Below, one piece after another: positions 10,769 to 20,981 of a DNA stretch of 64,000 nucleotides (the first letter of the stretch is position 1; each line of letters starts with the position of its first letter). The notes under the pieces were generated by a model. The model was given only the letters and a program-made list of their open reading frames with translations. It had not been told where the DNA came from and searched no databases. The DNA lies in assembly GCA_963842525.1 (NCBI GenBank), contig CAWJGT010000034.1:64001-128000 (forward strand), read 5' to 3'. The DNA comes from an uncultured Holophagales bacterium (GTDB lineage: Bacteria; Acidobacteriota; Thermoanaerobaculia; Multivoradales; UBA5704). A program made the position numbers and the translations under genes.

Positions 10769-11440
10769 TCAGGCGGCGTTGCGCTGCTTGTCGACCTCGG
10801 CGGCGAGCTGGGTGACGCGGGGGTTGTCCGGTTGCCGCCGCTTGAGCTCTTCCAGGATCGGCTCGGCCTCGGCGAACTTCTTCTGGTTCAAGGCGAGGAC
10901 CACGACTTTGTTGAAGAGCGACTGCCAGTGGTCGGGGTTGGCCTGGAGCGCCTTGTCGAACTGCGCCAGCGCCTCGTCGTACCGCCTCAGGCCGCGGTAG
11001 GCGACGCCCAGGTCCGAGATGACGTCGGCATCGCCGGGCCGCAGCTCCAGATAGCGCGCGTAGTGCGCTCGCGACTCTTCCCAGAACCTGGACTCCCGTG
11101 GGTCACCGAAGAGGTTGGCGGCCATCTCGAAGTTGAGGTCAGCGAGCCGGCGGACCGCGTCCGCGTCGTCGGGGTTCCCCTTCAGGTAGTCCTGGATCTG
11201 CTGGATCTCCTGGATGGGCGGGACGGTGGAGGGATCAACCCCTGCGCCCGGAGCTCCGGCCTGGGGCGCACCGGTCATCCCCGTTCCGGCCTGCTGGCCC
11301 GTGGGTGCGGCGGCGGCGCCGGCCTGGAGCCGTGGCGGCTGTCTCGCCACCACGACCTCGTGCATCAGATAGCCCGCGATGAAGCCGAGCAGGACGCCGA
11401 AGACGGCGAAGATCAGGTTGTCCTTGTTGAGCGTGCTCAA
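10769..11440 (-). CDS. Membrane-anchored TPR protein
   Basis: NKDNLIFAVFGVLLGFIAGY TM; TPRs (ISDLGVAYRGLRRYDEALAQFDKAL). Confidence 0.85.
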   Translation of the reverse strand: MSTLNKDNLIFAVFGVLLGFIAGYLMHEVVVARQPPRLQAGAAAAPTGQQAGTGMTGAPQAGAPGAGVDPSTVPPIQEIQQIQDYLKGNPDDADAVRRLADLNFEMAANLFGDPRESRFWEESRAHYARYLELRPGDADVISDLGVAYRGLRRYDEALAQFDKALQANPDHWQSLFNKVVVLALNQKKFAEAEPILEELKRRQPDNPRVTQLAAEVDKQRNAA

Positions 11441-11459
11441 GGTGGTCTCTCTCTCTCTC

Positions 11460-12197
11460 TCAGTTCCCGGCCCCGGCGCGCACGGCGGTCCATTCGCCGC
11501 GGTTCGGTTGACCGCTCGCAAGCTCGTTGGCAGTCCACGACCCGGTGATCCGCTGGGCCGCGGGATCGAAGGTCCCGAGCAAGACGCTGTCAAACCCGCC
11601 CTTGGCGTCGATCCTCTCCAGCCGCAGCCTGTCGTCTACGAAGGTGCCGCGCAGGGACCCCCGCGCGCCACCCGTCATCTCGTACGTCCCGGACACCACG
11701 GTCCCGTCCACCTGGAAGGCGAAGACCCCCGTCTGGTTGCCGGGCTGGATCTGCGCCTGCCAGCGGCCGGCGATCGACTCGTTGCGGATCCCCCGTCCTC
11801 CCAGCTCCCCTTCGAGGAAGCTGATGCGGCGCATCCGGTCGTGCAAGCTCTGGATCTGCCAGTCCAGCCGCTCCGAGGCGATCTGGGTCGCGGCCCGGGC
11901 GGCCGACAGGTTGTCGAACAGCTCCTCCAGGGTCCCCAGCGCGAGCGAGGCGCCCGAGAGGGCCTGGTCGAGCCGCTGCATGGCCTCGGCCACCGAGGCG
12001 CGCGCCCGTTGCTCACGGTCCCGCGCCTCCCGGTAGCCGACCAGGTCGAGGGCCAGGAGCTTGCGCTCGAGCTGCAGGTCGTTTTCGATCTGGGCGCGGT
12101 TCACGGACTGGGGAGCCTGTTGGGCCGTGCCCGGCCCGGCGGCCGGCGCGACGGTCATCAGGAGCGTGAGGATCATCAGGGGGGTGGCTCGCTTCAT
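11460..12197 (-). CDS. Secreted hypothetical protein (coiled coil plus C-terminal beta domain)
   Basis: Signal peptide MKRATPLMILTLLMTVAPAAG; TACAAT 7 nt upstream of ATG. Confidence 0.7.
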   Translation of the reverse strand: MKRATPLMILTLLMTVAPAAGPGTAQQAPQSVNRAQIENDLQLERKLLALDLVGYREARDREQRARASVAEAMQRLDQALSGASLALGTLEELFDNLSAARAATQIASERLDWQIQSLHDRMRRISFLEGELGGRGIRNESIAGRWQAQIQPGNQTGVFAFQVDGTVVSGTYEMTGGARGSLRGTFVDDRLRLERIDAKGGFDSVLLGTFDPAAQRITGSWTANELASGQPNRGEWTAVRAGAGN

Positions 12198-12220
12198 GCG
12201 GCGGATTGTACCAGGGGCCT

Positions 12221-12254
12221 GAAAAGAAAAAGGCCACCCCGGCAGGATGGCCTT
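12221..12254 (-). terminator. Rho-independent terminator after carD
   Basis: Minus strand AAGGCCATCC-TGCCG-GGGTGGCCTT followed by T-rich tail. Confidence 0.7.
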
Positions 12255-12275
12255 ACAAGACATCTGAGCTGCGTT

Positions 12276-12334
12276 CCCCCCTCTCCCGGGGGCAGGGTGT
12301 GCGGATGGGAGAGGGGGGGCCAGGGGGGTGAGGG
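12276..12334. repeat. REP-like element, type B (CCCCCTCTCCC..GGGAGAGGGGG..GGGGGTGAGGG)
   Basis: Same motif at 19974, 39455, 53612, 55042, 57661, 62166. Confidence 0.8.
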
Positions 12335-12335
12335 A

Positions 12336-12857
12336 TCAGCTTGCGACCTTGGCCGCGCGGTTGCGCTTTGCCAGACTTGAGCTCAGCGCCGCTTCGACCT
12401 GCTCTTCCGCCTCCCGCTCGTTGATCTGCCGCACATGGGCGATCTCGCTCACGATGAAGTACTTGGCGCGCTCGTACATCTTCTTCTCGCGGAAGGAGAG
12501 GCTCTTGCGCTGGCTGACGAGACGCAGGTTCTTGAGGACCTCCGCCACGTCGGTGAGCCGGCCCGTCTTCATCTTGTCGAGGTTCTGCTTGTAGCGCCCT
12601 TTCCAGTCCTTGTAGGTGTCGATGTTACCGTCCTCGAGGATTTCGAAAAGAGCGCGAACTTCCCGCTGGTGGCACAGCGGGCGAAGGCCTACGAGCTCCA
12701 GGTTGGCCTTGGGGACCATGACCTTGGAGTTGTTGCCCAGCAGCTTCAGGTGGTAGTAGAGATGCTCGGCCCCGTCCATTTCCGCAGGCCCGATCTTCTC
12801 GACCAGACCGACGCCGTGGTTAGGGTAAACCACTTTTTGACCGACCTTGAATGTCAC
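12336..12857 (-). CDS. carD: CarD family transcriptional regulator
   Basis: FKVGQKVVYPNHGVG, VMVPKAN..VGLR, WKGRYKQNLDKMKTG, LSFREKKMYERA..SEIA. Confidence 0.93.
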   Translation of the reverse strand: MTFKVGQKVVYPNHGVGLVEKIGPAEMDGAEHLYYHLKLLGNNSKVMVPKANLELVGLRPLCHQREVRALFEILEDGNIDTYKDWKGRYKQNLDKMKTGRLTDVAEVLKNLRLVSQRKSLSFREKKMYERAKYFIVSEIAHVRQINEREAEEQVEAALSSSLAKRNRAAKVAS

Positions 12858-12936
12858 GTCGACCCCCTTGAATGGATACCAGATTGTGGAGAGACGACAG
12901 TAAGTCGCTGAGGGACATTCGCTTACGCCGCAACTA

Positions 12937-12965
12937 TTTGTACACCAGAACGGGCGATTCGTCAA
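12937..12965 (-). promoter_or_regulatory. sigma70-like promoter for carD
   Basis: TTGACG-17 nt-TACAAA on the minus strand. Confidence 0.55.
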
Positions 12966-13010
12966 CCCGGAAAGTCTTCGGCGGGTCCCAAGGGTGAAGG
13001 GAGAGCAGAT

Positions 13011-13039
13011 TTGACAGCGGCCCGGGGGAGTCCTAGGAT
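13011..13039 (+). promoter_or_regulatory. sigma70 promoter for tRNA-Leu
   Basis: TTGACA-17 nt-TAGGAT. Confidence 0.7.
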
Positions 13040-13055
13040 TCCGTTTCCTTCACTC

Positions 13056-13141
13056 GCCGGAGTGGCGGAATGGCAGACGCAGGGGACTCAAAATCCCCCG
13101 TCCGCAAGGGCGTGTGGGTTCGACTCCCACCTCCGGCACCA
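13056..13141 (+). tRNA. tRNA-Leu (CAA)
   Basis: GCCGGAG acceptor stem, GGGGA-CTCAAAA-TCCCC anticodon arm, long variable arm, GGTTCGACTCC, encoded CCA. Confidence 0.97.
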
Positions 13142-13297
13142 CCCGTACCCCTACAGCCGGCCGCGGCCCCCGCACTCCTTGCAGGGCCGGTCGGACGTCC
13201 CGCCGGTGCCGCGGCAGCGGGGGCAGACGTGGCCGCGGCGGACCAGGGCGAGGACACGGCGGAGGAGGGTGCGGAGGTCCACCGGTCTACTCGCAGT

Positions 13298-14521
13298 CTA
13301 TTCGTAGCGGAGGGCTTCGATGGGGTCGAGGCGCGACGCCTTGCCGGCCGGGTAGATGCCGAAGAAGATCCCCACCAGGGCCGAGAAGCCGAAGGAGAGG
13401 GCCACCGCCCAGAACGGGACGTGCGCCGGCGGGAAGTTGCCCGGGATCATCTGGGAGATCACCGCGCCCATGCCCCAGCCGAGCGCCAGCCCGGTCGCGC
13501 CGCCGACCAGCGAAAGAGTCACGGCCTCGATCAGGAACTGCACCAGGATGTCCTGGCGGCGCGCTCCCACGGCCTTGCGGACGCCGATCTCCCGCGTCCG
13601 CTCGGTCACCGAGACCAGCATGATGTTCATGATGCCGATGCCGCCGACCAGCAGGGCGATCCCCACCACGCCGCCGACCACCGCGGTGACGTTGTTGAGG
13701 ATGGTCGAGGTGAACTTCAGGATCTCGTCCTGCTTGATCACCACGAAGTCGTCCGGTTGCCCCTTGGCGATACGGTGCCGCTGCCGCAGGACGCGGGCGA
13801 CGCCGTCCTTGACCTCGTCGACGACCTCCGGCGTCTCGGCCTGGAGCTGGAGCTGCACCTGGTCTCCGGCATTGCGGCCGAAGAGCGACACCGCGGCGTC
13901 GAAGGGGACGAAGACCAGGTCGTCCCGGTTCTGGCCGAGCGACTGGCCGCGCGCCTCCATGATCCCGATCACCGTCGCCGGCGTGTTGCCGACGTAGATC
14001 TCCTTGCCGACCGGGTCGTTCCCCAGCTTGAGCTCGTCGACCACGTCCTGCCCCACCACCGCCACCTTGCGCCGGTGCTCGAGGTCGATCCTGGAGATGA
14101 AGCGCCCGCGGTCGACGGTGTGGTTGGTGATGTCGGGGTAGTCGTCGGTGACGCCGAAGACGGCGTCCGGCCGGTGGGTGCGGTCCCGGTACTTGACCTC
14201 GCTCTGCCCCATGATCATCGGGGTGATCATCTTGACGCCGGGGACCTCGTCGCGGATGGCCTTGCCGTCGTCCCAGGTGAGCTTGACCTGGCGCGCGACC
14301 ACGCCGTGCCCGCGCTCCTGCTGGTCGGCCATGACCATGATGTAGGTGGCGCCGATCCCCTGGAACTGCTCGTTGATGGTGAACTGCAGCCCCTGGACGA
14401 TGGAGACCACCGCCACCACCGCGGCCACGCCGATGATGATCCCCAGGGTCGTCAGGATCGACCGCATCTTGTTGGCCCGCAGGGCCGTAAAAGCGATCCG
14501 GAAGTTCTCAAGAACGATCAT
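13298..14521 (-). CDS. MacB/FtsX-family ABC permease
   Basis: RSILTTLGIIIGVAAV, VGGIGIMNIMLVSVTERTREIGVRKAVGA, GIYPAGKASRLDPIEALRYE. Confidence 0.95.
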   Translation of the reverse strand: MIVLENFRIAFTALRANKMRSILTTLGIIIGVAAVVAVVSIVQGLQFTINEQFQGIGATYIMVMADQQERGHGVVARQVKLTWDDGKAIRDEVPGVKMITPMIMGQSEVKYRDRTHRPDAVFGVTDDYPDITNHTVDRGRFISRIDLEHRRKVAVVGQDVVDELKLGNDPVGKEIYVGNTPATVIGIMEARGQSLGQNRDDLVFVPFDAAVSLFGRNAGDQVQLQLQAETPEVVDEVKDGVARVLRQRHRIAKGQPDDFVVIKQDEILKFTSTILNNVTAVVGGVVGIALLVGGIGIMNIMLVSVTERTREIGVRKAVGARRQDILVQFLIEAVTLSLVGGATGLALGWGMGAVISQMIPGNFPPAHVPFWAVALSFGFSALVGIFFGIYPAGKASRLDPIEALRYE

Positions 14522-14538
14522 GGCGCGCCTGTCATTCT

Positions 14539-15246
14539 TCAGCGGCCGGCGCCGACGGCGGCGCGCTCCGTCGGCTGGTCGGCGAGGATCTTGCCGTCGC
14601 GGAGCTGCACCTGGCGCCAGGAATGCTGGGCGATGTCGTGCTCGTGGGTGACCACGATGACGGTGTTGCCGGACTGGTGGAGGTCGTCGAAGAGGTCCAT
14701 GATCTCGGCCGAGGTCGCCGAGTCGAGGTTCCCGGTCGGCTCGTCGGCCAGCAGGATCGACGGGTTGTTGACCAGGGCGCGGGCGACCGCCACGCGCTGG
14801 CGCTGGCCGCCGGACAGCTCGTTCGGGTGGTGGTGCATGCGGTCGCCGAGGCCGACCCGCTCCAGGGCGCGGCGGGCGCGCTCGCGCCGCTCGGACCGCG
14901 AGACGCCGGCGTAGATCAGGGGCAGCTCGACGTTCTGGAGAGCGCTGGTGCGCGCCAGCAGGTTGAAGGTCTGGAAGACGAACCCGATCTCCTTGTTGCG
15001 CACGGCGGCGAGCTGGGTGTCGTCGAGCTCCTCGACCGCCACGCTGTTCAGGTGGTAGCTGCCGGAGGTCGGGGTGTCCAGGCAGCCGATCAGGTTCATC
15101 AGGGTCGACTTGCCGCTGCCGGAGGCCCCCATGATCGCCACGTACTCGCCCTTGTCGATGTCGAGGGTGAGGCCGTTCAAGGCCCGCACCTCTTCGGTCC
15201 CCATGATGTAGATCTTCTGGATGTCGCGCAGCTCGATGATGGGCAT
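14539..15246 (-). CDS. ABC transporter ATP-binding protein (LolD/MacB-like)
   Basis: [33 protein letters not shown]. Confidence 0.95.
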   Translation of the reverse strand: MPIIELRDIQKIYIMGTEEVRALNGLTLDIDKGEYVAIMGASGSGKSTLMNLIGCLDTPTSGSYHLNSVAVEELDDTQLAAVRNKEIGFVFQTFNLLARTSALQNVELPLIYAGVSRSERRERARRALERVGLGDRMHHHPNELSGGQRQRVAVARALVNNPSILLADEPTGNLDSATSAEIMDLFDDLHQSGNTVIVVTHEHDIAQHSWRQVQLRDGKILADQPTERAAVGAGR

Positions 15247-16547
15247 CAGTTGTCGTCTCCACCGTCGCCCTGGTCGTCCTCTTCGTCCTGGTTCCCGTTG
15301 CCGCCGGAGCTGGCCTTCTTCTCGTCGTCGGGCTTCGTGACCTGGACCTCGTCGCCGTCCTTGAGGTCGCGCAGCGAGCGGTAGGGCCCGGTCACCACCT
15401 GCTCGTTCGGTTTCAGGCCGGCGAGGATCTCGACCCGAGTCTCGTCCGAGATGCCGGTGCGCACGGCGCGCTGGCGGGCCTTGCCGTCCTCGATCACGAA
15501 GACGACCTTGATCTCCTCGTCACTCCCAGGATTGCCGGAGCCGGCCTTTTTATTCCCGTCCGGCCCGTTCGCGAGCGGTGGACGCTCGACGACCGCCTGG
15601 ATCGGCACCGCCAGGGTCTCGCTCTGCTCGCGGGTCTCGATCTCGGAGCGCACCGACATCTTCGGCCGCAGGTCCTCGGTCGGGTTGTCGAGCAGGATCT
15701 CGACGTCGAAGAAGGTGACGTCGGGCTGCGCCGGACGGTTGAAGCCGGAGCTTCCCACCCGGACTACCCGTCCTTCATAGGTGCGGTCCGGCAAGGCGTC
15801 GACGCGCACGGTCGCCTTCTGCCCCGGCCTGACGTTGACGATCTCGGTCTCGTCCACGTCCACGTTGGCCAGGATCTCCGACAGGTCGGCGACCGTGGCA
15901 ATGACCGAGCCTGCGTTGTTCATGGTGCCGGAGACCACGATCTCGCCCTCCTCGGCGTTCAGGTCCACCACGCGGCCCGTGAGAGGGGAGAAGATGGTGG
16001 TCTTGGCCAGGTCGTCGAGCGCCTTTTCGAGGTTGGCCCGGGCCTGCTGGACCGACTCGCGGGCATCCTCCAGGCGCAGGCGCGCCTGCGCCTCGGCCAG
16101 CACCGCCCCCTCCAGGTCCTGGTCCGAGCTGATCCCTTCCTCCTTGAGCCGGTTGGCGCGCGCCAGCTTGTTGCGGCTGTCGGCGAGGGAGACCTCGGCC
16201 TGCCGCACGTCGGTCTGGGCGCGCCGGAGCTGTGCCGCCCACTGGTCGCGCTCGGCGATGTAGATCTCCTTCTCCAGCTCGAGGAAGGGACGTCCCTTCT
16301 CGACCCGGTCGCCCTCCTCGACGTACAGCTTCAGGATCTTGCCGATGACGTGCGCCGAGATGTTGACCTTGACGCGCGGATCGATCTCGCCGCTCGCCTT
16401 GACGACCTGGCCGAGCTTCTGCCGCTGCGCCGGGTCGGCGTAGACCTTGGCGCCCTTCGCGCCTCTACCCGCCCGCATACTGGCAAAGACGATCGCGGCC
16501 AGGGCGAGCACCACGAGCGTACCGATGACGAATTTCTTCACGCCCAC
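15246..16547 (-). CDS. Efflux periplasmic adaptor (MacA/HlyD-like)
   Basis: N-terminal [31 protein letters not shown]. Confidence 0.92.
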   Translation of the reverse strand: MGVKKFVIGTLVVLALAAIVFASMRAGRGAKGAKVYADPAQRQKLGQVVKASGEIDPRVKVNISAHVIGKILKLYVEEGDRVEKGRPFLELEKEIYIAERDQWAAQLRRAQTDVRQAEVSLADSRNKLARANRLKEEGISSDQDLEGAVLAEAQARLRLEDARESVQQARANLEKALDDLAKTTIFSPLTGRVVDLNAEEGEIVVSGTMNNAGSVIATVADLSEILANVDVDETEIVNVRPGQKATVRVDALPDRTYEGRVVRVGSSGFNRPAQPDVTFFDVEILLDNPTEDLRPKMSVRSEIETREQSETLAVPIQAVVERPPLANGPDGNKKAGSGNPGSDEEIKVVFVIEDGKARQRAVRTGISDETRVEILAGLKPNEQVVTGPYRSLRDLKDGDEVQVTKPDDEKKASSGGNGNQDEEDDQGDGGDDN

Positions 16548-16550
16548 TCC

Positions 16551-17252
16551 TTAACTGAACGCGGCCGCCATCCCCACCCTGGCTGCCACCAGAAGCAGCC
16601 AGAGGGTGACCATGACCGCCGCGGCGGCCGCGGTGGACACCTTCGCGACCACGCGATAGCCGATGATGAGGAGCACCAGGATCCAGATCGAAAACAGGTC
16701 TACGCTCGCCAGGAGCGCCGTCACAGCCGGCCCGGCGTCCTCGGGCGCCAGGGGGCCGAGGTTGGACAGCAGCAATCCCCCCTGTGTCTCCTCGACCGTG
16801 AACGAGTCGCGGCGCAGGATGAGCGGCAGGGTCAGCAGGCAGGACACGGCCAGAGGCATCAGCCCATACAGGAGAGTCGACAGGCTGGCCTTATAGTCGA
16901 TCTCGGAGCCGAACAGCCGGAAGACCACCAGGAAGATGGCCGCGATGATGAGGAAGCCCACGGGCCAGCCCAGGAGCCCCATGGCCAGCGCGGCGGAGGG
17001 CGCGAACTTCTCCGTCATCTCCTCCATCTGGACCATCTGCTCCTCGGAGACCTGCCGGTTCTGCTCCGCCATCTGCTTGCGGAACATGTCCCCGTAGTCG
17101 ACGCGCCCCGCGACCAGGAAGCCGGTCACCCCCAGCAGGACGGCCAGGACCAGGAGCGGCGCCAGCCAGGTGGGCCGCAGCGCGATCGACTTGAACGTCT
17201 TTTCGGGGGCGACGAGGACGCCGATCAACCGCCCCCAGGCCGAGTCGTTCAT
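16551..17252 (-). CDS. Yip1 family membrane protein
   Basis: GVLVAPEKTF..PTW and about five TM segments; within exporter operon. Confidence 0.85.
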   Translation of the reverse strand: MNDSAWGRLIGVLVAPEKTFKSIALRPTWLAPLLVLAVLLGVTGFLVAGRVDYGDMFRKQMAEQNRQVSEEQMVQMEEMTEKFAPSAALAMGLLGWPVGFLIIAAIFLVVFRLFGSEIDYKASLSTLLYGLMPLAVSCLLTLPLILRRDSFTVEETQGGLLLSNLGPLAPEDAGPAVTALLASVDLFSIWILVLLIIGYRVVAKVSTAAAAAVMVTLWLLLVAARVGMAAAFS

Positions 17253-17261
17253 CTGCGTCTC

Positions 17262-18905
17262 CTACCGGCCGAAGAGCCGGAATTGAAAGCGGTCGATCGG
17301 ATGGTCGGGGTCATCCAGGGCGATGCCCTGGCTGTCCAGGAGCTGCCCGGTGGCGCGCTCGAAGTCGGTGATCGCCCGCCGGTAGGTCACGACGGCGCTC
17401 ACCTCGCGGCTGCGCGCCTGGGTCAGGTCGTCCTGGATGCGGGTGATCTCGAAGCTCGACGACATGCCGTTCTCGTAGCGCTTGCGCTCGGCTTCGAGGC
17501 TCCGCTCCTGGAAACGGACGGAGGCCCGCGCGGCATCGATCTGCTTCAACGCCGTATCGACCCGCCGGGCGGTCTGCCGCACCTCGGTGATGACGCCCTG
17601 CTGGATGTCCTCGAGCACCGCCTCGGTGCGCTCGTGCTCGAGCCGGTCGGTGGCGAGCTGCGCCCGCGCCGCCCGGTTCTGCAGCGGAAAGCCGAAGACC
17701 AGCGAGGCGGTCCACCCGTCGAAGTCGAGCCCCGTCACCTGGCTGAAGGCGTCGCCGTAGCCGCCGGGGAAGGTGCGGATGATCTCGTTGGTCGCCCGGT
17801 CGCGCTCGATCAGGGTGCCGCCGACGCCGCTCAGGCCGTAATCGAGGGTCAGGTCGAGGGATGGCTTGAGCTGGTTGCGGGAGTAGCTCCACTCAAGGCG
17901 GGCCTGCTCGATCAGCGACTGCTGCGCCCGGATCTCGGGCCGCTCGGCGAGGGCCGTCTGGATCGCCTGGTTGAGGTCGATGCTCACCTTCTCCGCCTCC
18001 GGCTCGGTCGCCGGCTTGATCTCGGCCTGCCAGAGCTCGCCCTGCGGCAGGTTGAGCAGGCGGCGTAGCGCGTCCTCGGCGTCGCCCACCGCGCCCTGGG
18101 AGCGGATGATCTCCTCTTCGCGGGTGGCGATGGCCGCCTCGCTCTGCACCAGCTCAAGGGGCGCCAGGGTGCCGACCTCGACCTGGATGCGGTTGCGGTC
18201 GTGGAGCTCCTTGGCGAGGTCGAGGCTCTGCTGGGCCACCAGGAGCTGCTCGCGCGCTTCGACGAGGTCCCAGTAGGCGTTGATCACCTGCTGTGTCGTC
18301 AAGGTGACCTGGCGCTCGAGCTCGTCGCGGCTGCCCTCGTTGCGGCTGCGGGCGAGCAGGATCTGGCGCTCGGTGGCCAGGCGTCCGAAGTCGCGCAGCA
18401 GCGGCTGCCTGAAGGTGAAGCCCAGGCCCGAGGTGTAGCGGGGACTGAAGAGGGTCGTCGGGGAGTTCTCCTCCTGCCGGCTGTTGTCCCATCCCACGGT
18501 GAACCGGCCGCCGGTCGGGACGATCTGGTCGAAGCCGACGTTGAGCACCTGCCGGTTCGTCTGCGAGCCCTCAAAGGTCGTCAGGGCCGGCGAGGCGACG
18601 TCCGAGGCGGTGGCCGTAGCATTCAACAGCGTGTCATAGATACCGAGGGTCTGGTCCACCGCCAGCCGCGCCTGGTTGCGGGTAAAGCGCTGGACGAGAA
18701 GCCCGATGTTCCGTTGCAGTGCGATCTCGACGGCATCCTGGAGCGAAAGCACGATGGCGCCTTCCTGCACCTCGACCGGCGCCGCGTCCGGCGGCGGGGT
18801 GACTGCGGTGTCGACCTTGACCTGCGCGCGCAGCGCGCCCGAAAGGGCCAGCAGCGCCAGCCCGCAAACTTGCAAGACTTTGGATCTCAAGAGCGTTGTC
18901 CTCAT
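17262..18905 (-). CDS. TolC family outer membrane protein
   Basis: Signal peptide, LSLQDAVEIALQRN, FRQPLLRDFG, VINAYWDLV, ERKRYENG. Confidence 0.93.
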   Translation of the reverse strand: MRTTLLRSKVLQVCGLALLALSGALRAQVKVDTAVTPPPDAAPVEVQEGAIVLSLQDAVEIALQRNIGLLVQRFTRNQARLAVDQTLGIYDTLLNATATASDVASPALTTFEGSQTNRQVLNVGFDQIVPTGGRFTVGWDNSRQEENSPTTLFSPRYTSGLGFTFRQPLLRDFGRLATERQILLARSRNEGSRDELERQVTLTTQQVINAYWDLVEAREQLLVAQQSLDLAKELHDRNRIQVEVGTLAPLELVQSEAAIATREEEIIRSQGAVGDAEDALRRLLNLPQGELWQAEIKPATEPEAEKVSIDLNQAIQTALAERPEIRAQQSLIEQARLEWSYSRNQLKPSLDLTLDYGLSGVGGTLIERDRATNEIIRTFPGGYGDAFSQVTGLDFDGWTASLVFGFPLQNRAARAQLATDRLEHERTEAVLEDIQQGVITEVRQTARRVDTALKQIDAARASVRFQERSLEAERKRYENGMSSSFEITRIQDDLTQARSREVSAVVTYRRAITDFERATGQLLDSQGIALDDPDHPIDRFQFRLFGR

Positions 18906-18991
18906 GAATGGCCCTCACCTTGTAGCGGCGTCACGTCAATGCAACCAATGTATACGAAATCGCGCGGCGGCCTATGGGGGCCTCAGCAGAA

Positions 18992-20968
18992 TTACGCGCG
19001 AGGCCTTTGAATGTTTACAAGTTCCTCCAGCTCACCTGGATAGAAGCACGCCGCCGGATGCGACTCCGGCCCCGCGGCGGCCAGCTCCGGCACCTCGACG
19101 GCGCAATGCGGCCGGGCGATCGGGCAACGCGGATGGAACGGGCAGCCCGAAGGCGGCTCGAACGGGCTCGGCAGCTCCCCCCGTAGCACGATCCGGTCGC
19201 GGCGGCGGCGCGGCACCGGGGCCGGCACCGCCGACAGCAGACTGAACGTATACGGATGAAGCGGCCGGCGGAACAGCTCCGCGCTGGGCGCCAGCTCGAC
19301 CAGCCGGCCGAGGTAGAGCACGGCGACCCGGTCGGCGAGCTGTGCCACGGCCGCGAGGTCGTGGCTGATGAAGAGCATGGCCAACCCGAGCCTCCGGCGC
19401 AAGCCCGCCAGCAGATCGAGGACCTGGGCGCGCACGGAGACGTCCAGCGCCGAGACCGGCTCGTCGGCCACCAGCAGCTCGGGCTCCACCGCCAGCGCCC
19501 GGGCGATGCCCACGCGCTGCCGCTGTCCCCCCGAGAGCTGGTGCGGGTAGCGGCCGGCCAGGGCGGGATCGAGCCCCACGGTGGTGAGCAGCTCCTCGAC
19601 CCGCGCCGCGCGTCCGGCCCGCGGCACCCGGTCGTGGATCGCCAGCGGCTCGGCCACGATGGAGCCAACCCGCTGGCGCGGATCGAGCGAGCCGTAGGGA
19701 TCCTGGAACACCATCTGGAACCGGCGCCGCTGCGTCCGCAGCTCCTTGGTGCCGAGCGCGAGCAGGTCCTCGCCGTCGAAGAGGACGCGGCCGGAGTCCG
19801 GCTCGATCAGCCGCACCAGGCACCGTCCCAGGGTGGTCTTGCCGCTCCCCGACTCCCCCACCAGCGCCAGGCACTCGCCGCGGCGGATTTCCAGGTCCAC
19901 CGCTGCCACGGCGCTCACCCGGCCGCGGCGGGTGGGGAAGGTCTTGGTGAGCTCGCGGGCCGAGAGGAGGGGGCCCTCACCCCCCTGGCCTCCCTCTCCC
20001 ATCCGCATTCCCACCTCCCGGGAGAGGGGGGAAAAGGCGGGAGAGGCCCCAGGGCTGGAGAGAGCCACATCTCCCCTCTCCCGGTGGTCGGGGAGTGCGG
20101 ATGGGAGAGGGGCCGGGGGTGAGGGGACCCCCGGCACCGCCGCCAGCAGCGATCTCGTATAAGGGTGGGCCGGTGCCCGGAACAGCGTCTCCACGTCCGC
20201 CTCCTCGACGATTTCGCCCCTGTGCATGACCGCGGCGCGGTCGCAGGTCTCGGCCACGATCCCCAGGTCGTGGGTGATCAGCAGGACCGAGAGGCCGAGG
20301 TCGGCGCGCAGCCCCTCCAGCAATTCGAGGATCTGGGCCTGGATGGTCACGTCGAGCGCCGTGGTCGGCTCGTCGGCGAGCAGCAGGTCCGGACCGGCGG
20401 CCAGGGCCATGGCGATCCCTACCCTCTGCCGCTGCCCTCCCGAGAGCTGGTGCGGATAGTCGCCGAGCCGGCGGCGGGCGTCCGGCAGGGCCACGCGGTC
20501 GAGCAGGCGGGCCGCCTCGTCGAGGGCCTCGCGCCGCGACACCCGCCGGTGCGCGCGCACCGCCTCGGCGATCTGGAACCCCACGGTGTAGACCGGGTTC
20601 AACGCTGTCGCCGGCTCCTGGAAGACGAAGCCGATCCGCCCGCCGCGCACCTTGCGCATCTCCCGCTCGGGCAGAGTCAGGAGGTCTCCTCCGACACCGT
20701 CCAGCCGGATGCGGCCGGACACCCGGCCCGGCGGCGGCACCAGGCGGAGGACCGACAGGGCGGTCAGCGTCTTGCCCGAGCCCGACTCCCCCACCAGTCC
20801 GACGATCTCGCCGTGGCCGACGGCGAGCGAGACTCCGCGCAGGACGCTCTCCCAGCGCGGCACTCCCTGCGGTCCGCCCGGCCCGCGGCGGGGAAACGCG
20901 ACCTCGAGCCCCTGGATGTCCAGGAGGGGCAGGAGGGGCGGGCGGGCCGATGCCGGGAGCTCGGACAC
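18992..20968 (-). CDS. Fused dipeptide/oligopeptide ABC ATPase (two NBDs)
   Basis: Two GESGSGKT and two [12 protein letters not shown] motifs, [15 protein letters not shown]. Confidence 0.93.
   Translation of the reverse strand: MSELPASARPPLLPLLDIQGLEVAFPRRGPGGPQGVPRWESVLRGVSLAVGHGEIVGLVGESGSGKTLTALSVLRLVPPPGRVSGRIRLDGVGGDLLTLPEREMRKVRGGRIGFVFQEPATALNPVYTVGFQIAEAVRAHRRVSRREALDEAARLLDRVALPDARRRLGDYPHQLSGGQRQRVGIAMALAAGPDLLLADEPTTALDVTIQAQILELLEGLRADLGLSVLLITHDLGIVAETCDRAAVMHRGEIVEEADVETLFRAPAHPYTRSLLAAVPGVPSPPAPLPSALPDHRERGDVALSSPGASPAFSPLSREVGMRMGEGGQGGEGPLLSARELTKTFPTRRGRVSAVAAVDLEIRRGECLALVGESGSGKTTLGRCLVRLIEPDSGRVLFDGEDLLALGTKELRTQRRRFQMVFQDPYGSLDPRQRVGSIVAEPLAIHDRVPRAGRAARVEELLTTVGLDPALAGRYPHQLSGGQRQRVGIARALAVEPELLVADEPVSALDVSVRAQVLDLLAGLRRRLGLAMLFISHDLAAVAQLADRVAVLYLGRLVELAPSAELFRRPLHPYTFSLLSAVPAPVPRRRRDRIVLRGELPSPFEPPSGCPFHPRCPIARPHCAVEVPELAAAGPESHPAACFYPGELEELVNIQRPRA
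19974..20125. repeat. Type B REP pair inserted in frame in the ABC ATPase linker
   Basis: CCCTCACCCCC..GGGAGAGGGGG..CCCCTCTCCC..GGGGGTGAGGG, encoding [32 protein letters not shown]. Confidence 0.8.
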
Positions 20969-20981
20969 TATTCGGACGATA

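Noticed and set aside
11446-11461. (CT)n tract as a phase-variation microsatellite
   Set aside because: Intergenic GA-rich tract at the RBS position of the TPR gene; no evidence of variability from one sequence
13056-13141. tRNA-Leu as an integration site for an island
   Set aside because: No adjacent integrase and no duplicated tRNA 3' end noticed; flanks are core genes
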